The notes beneath the pieces were generated by a model, which ran no database searches, was not told where the DNA came from, and saw only the letters and a program-made list of their open reading frames with translations. Positions 17,839 through 27,087 of a stretch of DNA of 64,000 bases are shown here, piece after piece (the first letter of the stretch is position 1; every line of letters starts with the position of its first letter). This DNA comes from a bacterium (GTDB lineage: Bacteria; Bacillota; Clostridia; Oscillospirales; Acutalibacteraceae), in contig CAVAWW010000003.1 in assembly GCA_963592475.1 (NCBI GenBank), positions 4,770 through 68,769 of the forward strand, read 5' to 3'. A program made the position numbers and the translations under genes.

Positions 17839-17867
17839 AGTATATAACCGAAAAGTCGGTTTGTCAA
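17839..17867 (-). promoter_or_regulatory. SigA-type promoter driving the T-box leader
   Basis: TTGACA-N17-TATACT; the spacer contains the palindrome AACCGA-N4-TCGGTT. Confidence 0.8.
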
Positions 17868-17881
17868 TAGTTTTTCTGAAT

Positions 17882-18412
17882 TTATTTTTCAAACATCGTT
17901 CCGCCGTGCGAATCAGTGCCGACGGTCAGCGGAAAATCTTTGAACTCCAGACGCTTGACGCTCTCACATCCGAGATCAAAGAACGCTATCTCCTCGCATT
18001 TTGTTATGCACTTTGAGGCAAGCGCACCCGCGCCGCCTATTGCACAGAGATATACGGCATTGTTGCGCTTTATCGCATCGATAACCGATTCGCTTCTGCC
18101 GCCTTTTCCTATCATGCAGCAAAGTCCCTCGTCAAGAAGCCTCGGCGCATAGACATCCATGCGGCTCGAAGTAGTCGGACCGCAGCTGCCGATAACATCG
18201 CCCGGCTTCGTCGGCGTAGGTCCGGCATAATAAATTGCCGCGTCTTTCAAATCAAATGGAAGTTCCTCGCCGCTGTCCAGCAATGAGCATATGCGCTTAT
18301 GCGCCGCATCGCGCGATGTATAAACAGTTCCTGAAAGGAGGACTCTGTCCCCTGCGCGAAGTCTGCCGCAATATTCACGGAGTTCACTTGTGTCTATCTT
18401 ATATTCAGCCAT
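17882..18412 (-). CDS. Fe-S hydro-lyase, fumarate/tartrate family, beta (C-terminal) subunit
   Basis: RDAAHKR, YYAGP, GPTTSSRM and MIGKG motifs. Confidence 0.92.
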   Translation of the reverse strand: MAEYKIDTSELREYCGRLRAGDRVLLSGTVYTSRDAAHKRICSLLDSGEELPFDLKDAAIYYAGPTPTKPGDVIGSCGPTTSSRMDVYAPRLLDEGLCCMIGKGGRSESVIDAIKRNNAVYLCAIGGAGALASKCITKCEEIAFFDLGCESVKRLEFKDFPLTVGTDSHGGTMFEK

Positions 18413-19302
18413 CAGTCTTCTCCGAGAAATTTCTTTGTCAGCTCTGATATCTCTTCAGCTTCATCGGGTTTAACGGGCTCGTCAGAAGTATTTTCTTCGC
18501 TATGTATATCTTCGGTAACATTTTCTAAGCTTTCATCGGGCGCAGTGAATTTCAGATCCAGTCCGCCGCTTGCATTGAGGACATTGACAAGATTATTTAT
18601 CTCTTCATCGGATATTTCTATCTCCGGCTCTGTCGGATCTCCGAAATCTTCGTCGGTAAGCTTCGGCAGTTTGACTTCGCCGTTTTCGCCGAAAGTGAAC
18701 TGATGCTCGTCTATTTCTTCGTCCTGAGCGTCAAGTTTATCGGCAACACTGTTGAGATTGCTTGAGAGAGAATTTATCTTCGAAACGAGAGACGCGACAA
18801 CAACACCGAAGTTATCGGACATCTGCGAAATATCCTCGCCTATCTCGTCAACTCCGCTCGCCGCCTCTTCGATAGTCTGCCTGGTTTGATTCGAAATGCC
18901 CTTTGCGGACGCCTTGGCACTGCGGATTATCTTATCGGAATAGAGCAGTGCGTCAAGCACCAGGGCGCCTATCTGCCCCTCCACATCCTTTGCTCGCTCG
19001 CAGCCGACCTCAACGCTGTTGAGCTTTTCATTGAGGGCATTGACTTCGTCTTCGAGGGCGAATATCTTTTTTGCATATTCCTCACTCAGCGCAAAATATT
19101 CCTCGGCACGAGTCTGCTGCTCCGAAAGAAGAGTTTCAAGCTCTCTCGTTCGCTTTGAAGCCGCCGAAGCATTCTCTTCGGTCTCCTTGAGCTTTCTCTG
19201 TGTATCTGTAAGCTGAGTCTGCTGAGCACGAATATATTCAAGGACGTCTTCTTTGTTGAAGCCGCCGAAAGTCATCGTTTTGAAAAGCACATCTTTTGCC
19301 AT
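18412..19302 (-). CDS. Coiled-coil protein with DivIVA-like N-terminal motif and acidic tail
   Basis: FKTMTFGGFNKEDVLEYI resembles the DivIVA/GpsB membrane-binding motif; long heptad region follows. Confidence 0.55.
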   Translation of the reverse strand: MAKDVLFKTMTFGGFNKEDVLEYIRAQQTQLTDTQRKLKETEENASAASKRTRELETLLSEQQTRAEEYFALSEEYAKKIFALEDEVNALNEKLNSVEVGCERAKDVEGQIGALVLDALLYSDKIIRSAKASAKGISNQTRQTIEEAASGVDEIGEDISQMSDNFGVVVASLVSKINSLSSNLNSVADKLDAQDEEIDEHQFTFGENGEVKLPKLTDEDFGDPTEPEIEISDEEINNLVNVLNASGGLDLKFTAPDESLENVTEDIHSEENTSDEPVKPDEAEEISELTKKFLGED

Positions 19303-19322
19303 GCTTTTATCCCTCGTTTCTT

Positions 19323-21140
19323 TTAATAAGCGATAATATTATACGCGTCGCCGTCGATTATAGCAAGCTTATTTTTAGAATAAATACATAAATCTCCGCC
19401 GCTTCGTATAAAAGATATACCCTTGTCGGAGTATTTCATGTTTTTGAGTTCTGCTTTTTCTGCTACAAGCGAGGTCTTTTTGCCGTCGTATAAGTAAAGA
19501 TCGGCTATCTCCCCGTCTGAAGAAGATACAAAATCCTTGACTATAAGAACGCTTCCGTCGGGAAGTTCGGCAAAAGACGCGACATCGCCGTCAATCTTCT
19601 CTTTTTCCGTCGAATATTTATACAAATCGCAGAGCGAAGACCCGGTAACGCTGCGCCGGTACCACACATCCGTGCCGATGATATTGCAAGCCTTTATACC
19701 CGTATCAAGCATTTCAGCAGCAGATACAACGCCGTTTGTAACTGTGTGTCTGAACAGCGAGAATGTGTCGTTTGAATCATCAAACGATTTGACAAACAGC
19801 TTGTCCCCGGAGATTATAAACTTCGTTTTCTTGCCGTTATACGCATCGAGCTTCACAGGCTGTGTGGAATGCATATCAGCATATAAATATCCGGTTTTCT
19901 TAATGCAGGCTTTGACCGCCGATACAGCGGTTTCAACAACCGATTCAACCGACGATGAACCGAGCTGCGAATCGAGATCGGACATTCTGACGGTGCTGTC
20001 GGAAAGCTCGGTCATATAGAACACCGCGGCGGGTTCGCCGGAAACGGACACTGCAAATACCTCATCGGGAACAACATTTTCCGCGATTTTCTTTGAACCG
20101 TCGGCAGTTCTGGCATAGAGATTATAGCCCTGCGTGAAAGAATCGTCTTTTATCTGCTCGTCAAGAGCCTGGCGAATTTTGTCGCGCGAAACCTTGCGGT
20201 TATATTTGCTCATGTCGAGCTGATATTGAATACTGAAGCCGAAGATGAATGTGTAATCATTGCGGTTCGGCTCTTTTATAAGCTCGTCATCCTGCGCCAT
20301 ATCATCGTCAATAATATCGCGCCAGCCGGCAGGCGACTCTTTTTTGACAAAATAATAGAGATTGCCGCCGGGCGAATACGAATCATATAAAACGGAGCTG
20401 ACCATAGTAGCTATCTGAACCGGATTTTTTCCGGGAGAGACTGAAAAGAGCTCCGCTTCTCCCTCGTTGTAAGACCCGGTCTCAAAGAGAATCTCGCAGC
20501 TCTCACCATTATCATAAAAATGAATATTTGCGGCGTTTTTCACAAGCTCGCGGCTGCCGTCGGAAGATGAATAAACATACAGCGACTGTGAATCGGAAAG
20601 CTGCTTAAGATAATAAATCGAATCTCCGCTTTCGGGCAAAAACAGCTCTTTTATTGCAAAATCAATGTCTGATTTTTTGTTCTTTTTAATGTCATATGCA
20701 GTTGTCATAACAGAGAGATTGTCCGGATTCTGCTTTGAATAATACAGAGTTCCGTTATTATATCTGAACTCTTTTTCAACGCCGTAGTCTAAAAGTTTTG
20801 CGCCTTTTTTGGCGTTTGACGAATTCTTGATACTGCACAGATAGAGGTCATATTTGCGGCTGACCTTCGCCGAGGCGGTGGTATAGATAAGATACTCGCC
20901 GTCCGAAGTAAGCAAGACCGACGAATCGTCCGATATCGTCAGCTTGTGCTTTTTGCCATAGGCGGAAAGATAAGTTCCGCCGTCGGTTGACTTATATACA
21001 ATTGCCTGAGAGTCCGCATCGGGTATCTTATTTTTGCCCGACATCAGAAAAATCAACGCAGCCGTAGCTGCCGCCGCGAACACAACAATGATCGCGGCAG
21101 CGACTGCGACTGTACTCTTTTTGAATCTGCTTTTAGCCAT
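19323..21140 (-). CDS. Hypothetical membrane-anchored extracytoplasmic protein, probable beta-propeller
   Basis: N-terminal basic + hydrophobic anchor; recurring LYY/DLY beta-strand repeats. Confidence 0.55.
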   Translation of the reverse strand: MAKSRFKKSTVAVAAAIIVVFAAAATAALIFLMSGKNKIPDADSQAIVYKSTDGGTYLSAYGKKHKLTISDDSSVLLTSDGEYLIYTTASAKVSRKYDLYLCSIKNSSNAKKGAKLLDYGVEKEFRYNNGTLYYSKQNPDNLSVMTTAYDIKKNKKSDIDFAIKELFLPESGDSIYYLKQLSDSQSLYVYSSSDGSRELVKNAANIHFYDNGESCEILFETGSYNEGEAELFSVSPGKNPVQIATMVSSVLYDSYSPGGNLYYFVKKESPAGWRDIIDDDMAQDDELIKEPNRNDYTFIFGFSIQYQLDMSKYNRKVSRDKIRQALDEQIKDDSFTQGYNLYARTADGSKKIAENVVPDEVFAVSVSGEPAAVFYMTELSDSTVRMSDLDSQLGSSSVESVVETAVSAVKACIKKTGYLYADMHSTQPVKLDAYNGKKTKFIISGDKLFVKSFDDSNDTFSLFRHTVTNGVVSAAEMLDTGIKACNIIGTDVWYRRSVTGSSLCDLYKYSTEKEKIDGDVASFAELPDGSVLIVKDFVSSSDGEIADLYLYDGKKTSLVAEKAELKNMKYSDKGISFIRSGGDLCIYSKNKLAIIDGDAYNIIAY

Positions 21141-21162
21141 TTGAAAACCTTTCGGTCTGTTG

Positions 21163-22119
21163 TCAGCGGGCGGCTTTGAGCTCAAGCGCCTGCTTTGCTT
21201 TTTTGACTATGTTCTCCGCATCAAGACCATAGATATGGAGAAGCTCGACCGCCGGACCGGAACGTCCGAAAACATCCTCTACGCCGACCTTCACGACCGG
21301 TACGGGTATAGTTTCGCAGACAACTTCGCTGACTGCTCCGCCGAGTCCGCCGATAACGGAATGCTCTTCTGCGGTAACAATAGCACCGGTGTCTCTTGCG
21401 GCGTCGATTATCGCCTGTCTGTCGATAGGCTTTATGGTGTGCATATTGATGACTCTTGCGGAAATGCCCTCTTTTTCGAGCATCTCTCTTGCCATAACAG
21501 CCTCGTTCACCATAAGGCCGGTTGCGATTATAGTCACATCTTTACCGTCTGCAAGCTGAACCGACTTGCCTATTTCAAACTTATAGTTATCAGGATCATT
21601 GAATCTCGGCACTGCAAGGCGGCCGAAACGAAGATATACGGGTCCTTCATACTCGGCGGCGGCAAATACAGCCGCTCTCGCCTCGACATCATCGGCGGGA
21701 TTGATTATGACCATGCCGGGAATAGTGCGCATAAGAGCTATGTCCTCGCAACACTGATGGCTCGCGCCGTCTTCGCCGACTGATATGCCCGCATGGGTAG
21801 CGCCGATCTTGACGTTGAGATGCGGATAGCCGATTGTGTTTCTTATCTGCTCAAAAGCACGACCTGCAGCGAACATTGCAAACGAGCTTGCAAATACGGT
21901 GTAGCCGATGGTCGAAAGTCCGCCGGCAACACCTATCATGTTGCCCTCTGCGATACCGGAATCAAAGAATCTGTCCGGATACGCCTTTTTGAACATAGCT
22001 GTTTTTGTCGCCTCTGCAAGGTCTGCATCGAGAACGACGAGCTTATCATTTATGGCACCGAGCTCTACGAGCGCTTTGCCGTAACCGTCACGCGTTGCCG
22101 CTTTTATAATATCTGCCAT
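21163..22119 (-). CDS. Transketolase, C-terminal subunit
   Basis: ATRDGYG, GIAEGNM, GEDGASHQ and EEHSVIGGLG motifs. Confidence 0.93.
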   Translation of the reverse strand: MADIIKAATRDGYGKALVELGAINDKLVVLDADLAEATKTAMFKKAYPDRFFDSGIAEGNMIGVAGGLSTIGYTVFASSFAMFAAGRAFEQIRNTIGYPHLNVKIGATHAGISVGEDGASHQCCEDIALMRTIPGMVIINPADDVEARAAVFAAAEYEGPVYLRFGRLAVPRFNDPDNYKFEIGKSVQLADGKDVTIIATGLMVNEAVMAREMLEKEGISARVINMHTIKPIDRQAIIDAARDTGAIVTAEEHSVIGGLGGAVSEVVCETIPVPVVKVGVEDVFGRSGPAVELLHIYGLDAENIVKKAKQALELKAAR

Positions 22120-22143
22120 AGCACGACATTCCTTTCACTGAAA

Positions 22144-22989
22144 TTAGTTGGCTTCGAGGCTTGTGAGAGTCGCGTTGAGCTCCTCCATAGCCTCTTTGTA
22201 CTGCTCTTCGTTTGGAGCTTTGCCGTGCCATGAGCACTGATTCTCCATGAAGGAAACGCCCTTGCCCTTGACACTCTTGGCGATTATTGCGGTGGGCTTG
22301 CCCTTGAATTCGATAGCCGCGTTGAACGCCGCATCCATCTCATCAAAGCTGTCCGCATATATCTCAAGAACATTCCAGCCGAAAGCCTTGAACTTCTCGG
22401 CTATCGGATAAGGCGAATTGACCTCTGCGATCGTTCCGTCTATCTGAAGGTTGTTGTTGTCAACAACAGCAACGAGATTGTCGAGTCCCTTGGCACAGGC
22501 ATACATTGCGGCCTCCCAGACCTGACCCTCCTGAATTTCGCCGTCGCCGAGGATAGCATAAACTCTGAAGTTCTTGCCCGAAAGCTTTGCACCCAGTGCC
22601 ATACCGACAGCCACGGATATTCCCTGACCGAGCGAACCGGTGCTTGCGTCAACGCCGGGAACGGTTCTCATGTTCGGGTGACCCTGGAGTCTCGAATCGC
22701 TCTTTCTGAGAGTCTTGAGTTCCTCAACAGGGAAATATCCTCTGTGAGCGAGCACGGAATAATAAGCAGGCGCGGCATGACCTTTTGACATAACGAGCCT
22801 GTCCCTGTCTTCCCACTGCGGATTCTTGGGGTCGATGTTGAGCCGATGGAAATAGAGGTAAGTGAGGATATCGGCTATTGAAAGCGAGCCGCCCGGATGA
22901 CCGGACTTTGCGTTGTAAACGCCCTCAATCGCGCCCATTCTTACCTTACAAGCTTTGATCTTCAACTGTTTGCTGACAATTGTGTCCAC
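22144..22989 (-). CDS. Transketolase, N-terminal subunit
   Basis: SGHPGGSLS, SKGH, LQGHP and GDGE TPP motifs; GTG 22989 after GGAGG. Confidence 0.93.
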   Translation of the reverse strand: MDTIVSKQLKIKACKVRMGAIEGVYNAKSGHPGGSLSIADILTYLYFHRLNIDPKNPQWEDRDRLVMSKGHAAPAYYSVLAHRGYFPVEELKTLRKSDSRLQGHPNMRTVPGVDASTGSLGQGISVAVGMALGAKLSGKNFRVYAILGDGEIQEGQVWEAAMYACAKGLDNLVAVVDNNNLQIDGTIAEVNSPYPIAEKFKAFGWNVLEIYADSFDEMDAAFNAAIEFKGKPTAIIAKSVKGKGVSFMENQCSWHGKAPNEEQYKEAMEELNATLTSLEAN

Positions 22990-23015
22990 AACAGCCACCT
23001 CCTGTAATATCGTAT

Positions 23016-23840
23016 TTATTGGCAATTATTTTCAATATATTCAAGAAAATCGGCAACGGCACCGTGATTGCAGTGACATGCAACAAATGTTGCAGCATCT
23101 TTCATCGCCTGCGGAGCCTGCCCGCAGACTGCCGGAACACCGACGCTCTTTATCATATCATAGTCGTTGAAATAGTCTCCGATAGCACCCGTATGCTCAT
23201 GCGGAATACCAAGCATATCTGCTATTTCAAGCACCGCGGTGCCCTTATTTGTGCCTTCAAGGAGCATTTCATAGCTCGCTACCGAGGACGACATATATGT
23301 AACGCCCGAATGGTCTATAGAATCGAGATACTTAACCATCCGCGAAACCATCGGCGGAAGACCCATAAATATGACCTTACCCCAATTGCTCTTCGGGACA
23401 TCTTCGAATTTTCTGAAGCTCTGGTGCGGTATTCCGTCCGCCAGCGACATCGCGCCGCTGAAAACCCCTGGATTCAGAATAAATATCTCTCTATCTGTGC
23501 ATATCTCAATCTGAATCAGCGGAAAGCGCTCATTCACTCGTCTTACTATATCTATGCCACGTTCGTCAATTGAATGAAACGAAAGCATTTTTTCGTGCTC
23601 GTAGTCATAGATTCCAGCGCCGTTTAAGATAACTGCAGGCGTGGATTTTATCGGCAAGCGCTCATAATGCTTTCTGAGCGAAGATATATTTCTTCCGGAA
23701 GCAAGGGTAAAATTGCCTCCGAGATCTTCAACAAAATGTGTAACGGCTTTGAGATTCCGTTCGGGCAGCATTCTGAGTTTTGTATTCAGAGTGCCGTCAA
23801 CATCGGAAACTATCAGCCAATCGGAAAAATCTGTTTTCAT
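23016..23840 (-). CDS. Cof-type HAD-IIB hydrolase
   Basis: SDVDGTL, ASGR, NKGTA and GDYFND motifs. Confidence 0.9.
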   Translation of the reverse strand: MKTDFSDWLIVSDVDGTLNTKLRMLPERNLKAVTHFVEDLGGNFTLASGRNISSLRKHYERLPIKSTPAVILNGAGIYDYEHEKMLSFHSIDERGIDIVRRVNERFPLIQIEICTDREIFILNPGVFSGAMSLADGIPHQSFRKFEDVPKSNWGKVIFMGLPPMVSRMVKYLDSIDHSGVTYMSSSVASYEMLLEGTNKGTAVLEIADMLGIPHEHTGAIGDYFNDYDMIKSVGVPAVCGQAPQAMKDAATFVACHCNHGAVADFLEYIENNCQ

Positions 23841-23845
23841 ATCTC

Positions 23846-24790
23846 TCACTTTCTGATTTTTCTTAAAAAGTTCTCGAAATATTCAGGCAACTCAGACGAA
23901 AGTTCGATTCTCTCCCCTGTCACAGGATGATCAAAGCCGAGAAGCCTTGCGTGCAGACATTGACCGCAGAGCTCCGTTATGACATTTTTCGGACCATAGA
24001 CGGCATCTCCTGCCACCGGGTGACCTATATATGCCATGTGAACTCTTATCTGATGAGTTCTACCCGTTTCAAGGCGCAGCCTTACAAATGTAAACTTTTC
24101 AAATTCTTCTACTGTGTAATAATGTGTGACTGCAGGACGGGAATTTTTATCCGTCACTGCCATTTTCTTTCTGTCGTTAGGGTTTCTGCCTATCGGCGCG
24201 TCTATTATGCCTTCGGGCTCCCGCAGCTTTCCGTAGACAACCGCCGCATATTCGCGCGTCAGGCTGTGTTCCTTTATCTGATGGGCAAGTGATGCATGTG
24301 CCATGTCATTTTTGGCAACAAGTAGAAGACCGCTTGTATCCTTGTCTATCCTATGGACTATACCCGGACGCAGAACGCCGTTTATCCCCGAAAGACTGCT
24401 TCCGCAATGATACAAAAGCGCATTGACGAGCGTTCCGCTTCTGTTGCCGGGCGCGGGATGGACAACCATTCCCTTAGGCTTGTTGACAACGAGCATACAG
24501 TCGTCTTCATATCTTATATCGAGCGGAATATTTTCAGGTAAAGCCGTATCGTCCTGAGCAGGCTCGATATAAACGGACACTTCATCGTCCGCTTTCGGCT
24601 TGAAGCTCTTGCCGACAATTTTGCCGTTGACGGTTATACAGCCGTTTTCAGCCATATGCTGGATGCGCGAACGGGAAAGATCCGGAAAAGCATCGGCGAC
24701 CGTGCGGTCTATGCGCTGATCGGCTGTTTCGGAATCAACTGAAAAGCTCAGCGAATAACCGCCCGGCAAAAGCTCAGACATTTTTTTCAT
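23846..24790 (-). CDS. rluD: RluA/RluD family pseudouridine synthase
   Basis: S4 domain, GIVHRIDKDTSG and TGRTHQIR; follows lspA. Confidence 0.88.
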   Translation of the reverse strand: MKKMSELLPGGYSLSFSVDSETADQRIDRTVADAFPDLSRSRIQHMAENGCITVNGKIVGKSFKPKADDEVSVYIEPAQDDTALPENIPLDIRYEDDCMLVVNKPKGMVVHPAPGNRSGTLVNALLYHCGSSLSGINGVLRPGIVHRIDKDTSGLLLVAKNDMAHASLAHQIKEHSLTREYAAVVYGKLREPEGIIDAPIGRNPNDRKKMAVTDKNSRPAVTHYYTVEEFEKFTFVRLRLETGRTHQIRVHMAYIGHPVAGDAVYGPKNVITELCGQCLHARLLGFDHPVTGERIELSSELPEYFENFLRKIRK

Positions 24791-25292
24791 CTCCGCCGTT
24801 TTCGGCTTTCTTGTCGTCATCTGACAGATATTTTTTGTTCTCTCTTATCAAATCATATACCGTCTTGATAATAAGCAGCGCAGCTCCGACGGTAACACAG
24901 CAATCGGCAAAGTTGAAAACCGCAAAATTAACAAATGTAGGCTCGATATAATCGACAACAAAACCTCTTGCTACGCGGTCAACGAAGTTGCCTGCTCCGC
25001 CGGCTATAACAACGGCAACGCACCAGTAAATAAAGCCGGGCTTTATTTTTTTAGTCATGAGCAGGAAAATGAACATGACTATAACAACAGCCGTAAAAAT
25101 CGTCAGAAAAACCGTCTGATTCTGCATCGAGCTGAACGCCGCACCGGTGTTTTCGACATAGCGTATACGAATAAGACCGAATAGAATATCCATGCTGCCG
25201 CCCGCCGCAAAGCGATTGACAACAGCAATTTTTATGACCTGGTCAATCGCCACAAGCGCGGCAATCACCAGAAGAGTTATTGCTTGAATCAT
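24774..25292 (-). CDS. lspA: Signal peptidase II
   Basis: NTGAAFS, GNFVDR, VVDYI and FNFAD motifs. Confidence 0.95.
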   Translation of the reverse strand: MIQAITLLVIAALVAIDQVIKIAVVNRFAAGGSMDILFGLIRIRYVENTGAAFSSMQNQTVFLTIFTAVVIVMFIFLLMTKKIKPGFIYWCVAVVIAGGAGNFVDRVARGFVVDYIEPTFVNFAVFNFADCCVTVGAALLIIKTVYDLIRENKKYLSDDDKKAENGGDEKNV

Positions 25293-25306
25293 AAAAACCT
25301 CAAAAT

Positions 25307-26536
25307 TTATTTTTTGAAAAAGCCTCTGAAACGCGAATGATGAGTATGGCTGTCATTATCATCCTCATCGTCCTCATCGTCATCATCGTCATTCAGAAAA
25401 GCGTCGACATTAGCGGGAGTCTCCATATCTTCATCCGTGTCGGTAGCCTCAATTTCATCGGGCGTGATATGGTGCTTAATCGCATGGACATTTATCACGA
25501 AGCCGTTCTCGGCGGTATCGTCATCCGAATCGTCGGAATCCGACGCGGGTTCCTCCGCCGCAGCCATAGGATCATATGTATCGTCGGTTCCGAAGGACTG
25601 CTTGAGTATATCATTGGCCACTATCTCATCCGGAGTCGCCGTCTCTTCGCTGAACTCGGGCTCGTTGGCAAATGCGGTAATCAGTTCATCGGTAGCGGAA
25701 TCTTTTGCATCCGATTCAACAGCTTCTGCCGGAGATTCATCTTTTTCAGACTCTTCGGACTCAGCTTCTTCGGATTTTTCAGGTTCATCAATGACAATAT
25801 CATTATCTGCATCTGCATCATCTTCAACGGGAGCTGAATTTCCGGAGACATACTCGTCGGTATTTATCGTCGGTATTACCGGCATCTCCTGCTTTTGAGG
25901 AAGCGAAGAGACAAGATTGATATGCTTTTGATAAGCGTCAAGAATAAAATTGCGGAACGCTGAAACTTCGCTCTCAAGCTTCTCGAGTGTAGCGGAATTC
26001 ACGCGGATATCCGTATTTATTCTGTCGAGCTCAAGCTGTGCATTCTTCTTGGCACTTTCGATTATTTCGTTAGCCTTTGCCTCCGCATTGCTTATCATAG
26101 CAGAAGCGGTGCGCTCCGCAGAAGTTATACGCTCGGTGGCGTTGCGCTTGGATTCCTCTGTAAGCTGAGAAGCCTTTACAGACGCAGCGGTCTCCAAAAC
26201 ATCAGCTCTGTTCTGTGCCGATGCAATCAGCTCCTGCGCTTTCTTTTCCGCAGAGTCAAGCTGTTCCTGCGCGCTCTGCTGAGAATCACGCTGAATCTTG
26301 TCCGCCATGCGTTCTGCTGTAAGCAGGGCGCGTCTGATATTGTCCTCGTCCTTCTTATACTGCGAAACTCTCTCGGCAAGAAGGCTTATTTTATTCACAA
26401 GATCTCCGTTCTCTCTGAACACCTGCTCATAAGATACGGATACTTCTCTCAAGAACGCATCAACATCGCTGGCTTCATAAGTCCCGCGACCCGCTGAAAT
26501 AAAACGATGCGATTTGATCTGTTCGGGTTTAAGCAT
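25307..26536 (-). CDS. divIVA: DivIVA domain protein with long acidic C-terminal region
   Basis: MLKPEQIKSHRF...Y...DVDAFL N-terminus, ALLTAERMAD coiled coil; follows sepF. Confidence 0.82.
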   Translation of the reverse strand: MLKPEQIKSHRFISAGRGTYEASDVDAFLREVSVSYEQVFRENGDLVNKISLLAERVSQYKKDEDNIRRALLTAERMADKIQRDSQQSAQEQLDSAEKKAQELIASAQNRADVLETAASVKASQLTEESKRNATERITSAERTASAMISNAEAKANEIIESAKKNAQLELDRINTDIRVNSATLEKLESEVSAFRNFILDAYQKHINLVSSLPQKQEMPVIPTINTDEYVSGNSAPVEDDADADNDIVIDEPEKSEEAESEESEKDESPAEAVESDAKDSATDELITAFANEPEFSEETATPDEIVANDILKQSFGTDDTYDPMAAAEEPASDSDDSDDDTAENGFVINVHAIKHHITPDEIEATDTDEDMETPANVDAFLNDDDDDEDDEDDNDSHTHHSRFRGFFKK

Positions 26537-26566
26537 TATCTACACCTCTTAAATGGGAAATAAATA

Positions 26567-27058
26567 TCAATCAAAATAGCCTTCGCTCATGCTCTCGATA
26601 TCCTCGAGCACATCACCTGAAAGCGGAACGCTGTCGGGGGTGATGATATAAGCCTTGCCGGCAACTTTCTTGATATCTCCGGAATTTGCATATGCAACGC
26701 CGGAAAGGAAATCGATAATGCGTCTTGAATCGTCTGCGGGGCAGGTCTCAAGATTAAGAATAACTATTCTCTTCTCGTTGAGCACATCCGCAACGCTCTG
26801 AACATCAAGATATCTGTCAAGCTTCTTGAGCACAACAGGAGTACGGCTCGAAGAACGCAGATCAACTATATTGGGCGTCGAAGAGATCGACGACGTTCTC
26901 GAAGAAGCGCTGAAATCGCTGAACGACTTCGCGGGCTCGGCGCTGTCGGACGAATAAGTGTCGTCTGCCGAATCATCGTAAACGTTTTCGATATCCTCGT
27001 CGATAGTGTCCTCGTCAGAATTGTCAATGAAGTTTTTTACCTTGTCAAAGATTCCCAT
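26567..27058 (-). CDS. sepF: Cell division protein SepF
   Basis: VILNLE...RIIDFLSGVAYA...YIITP motif. Confidence 0.93.
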   Translation of the reverse strand: MGIFDKVKNFIDNSDEDTIDEDIENVYDDSADDTYSSDSAEPAKSFSDFSASSRTSSISSTPNIVDLRSSSRTPVVLKKLDRYLDVQSVADVLNEKRIVILNLETCPADDSRRIIDFLSGVAYANSGDIKKVAGKAYIITPDSVPLSGDVLEDIESMSEGYFD

Positions 27059-27087
27059 GATATTTTCCTCCCGTATTTATAAAGAAA

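Noticed and set aside
17583..17870. 95-aa plus-strand ORF
   Set aside because: Antisense to the T-box leader; the region is explained as a structured RNA.
25360..25400. (TCA/TCG)n triplet-like run and the CAGCCCGAGCAGCCGGAGCAG repeat near 34683
   Set aside because: These encode poly-Asp/Glu in divIVA and CSGCSGC in the YlbF-family tail; they are not independent repeat elements.
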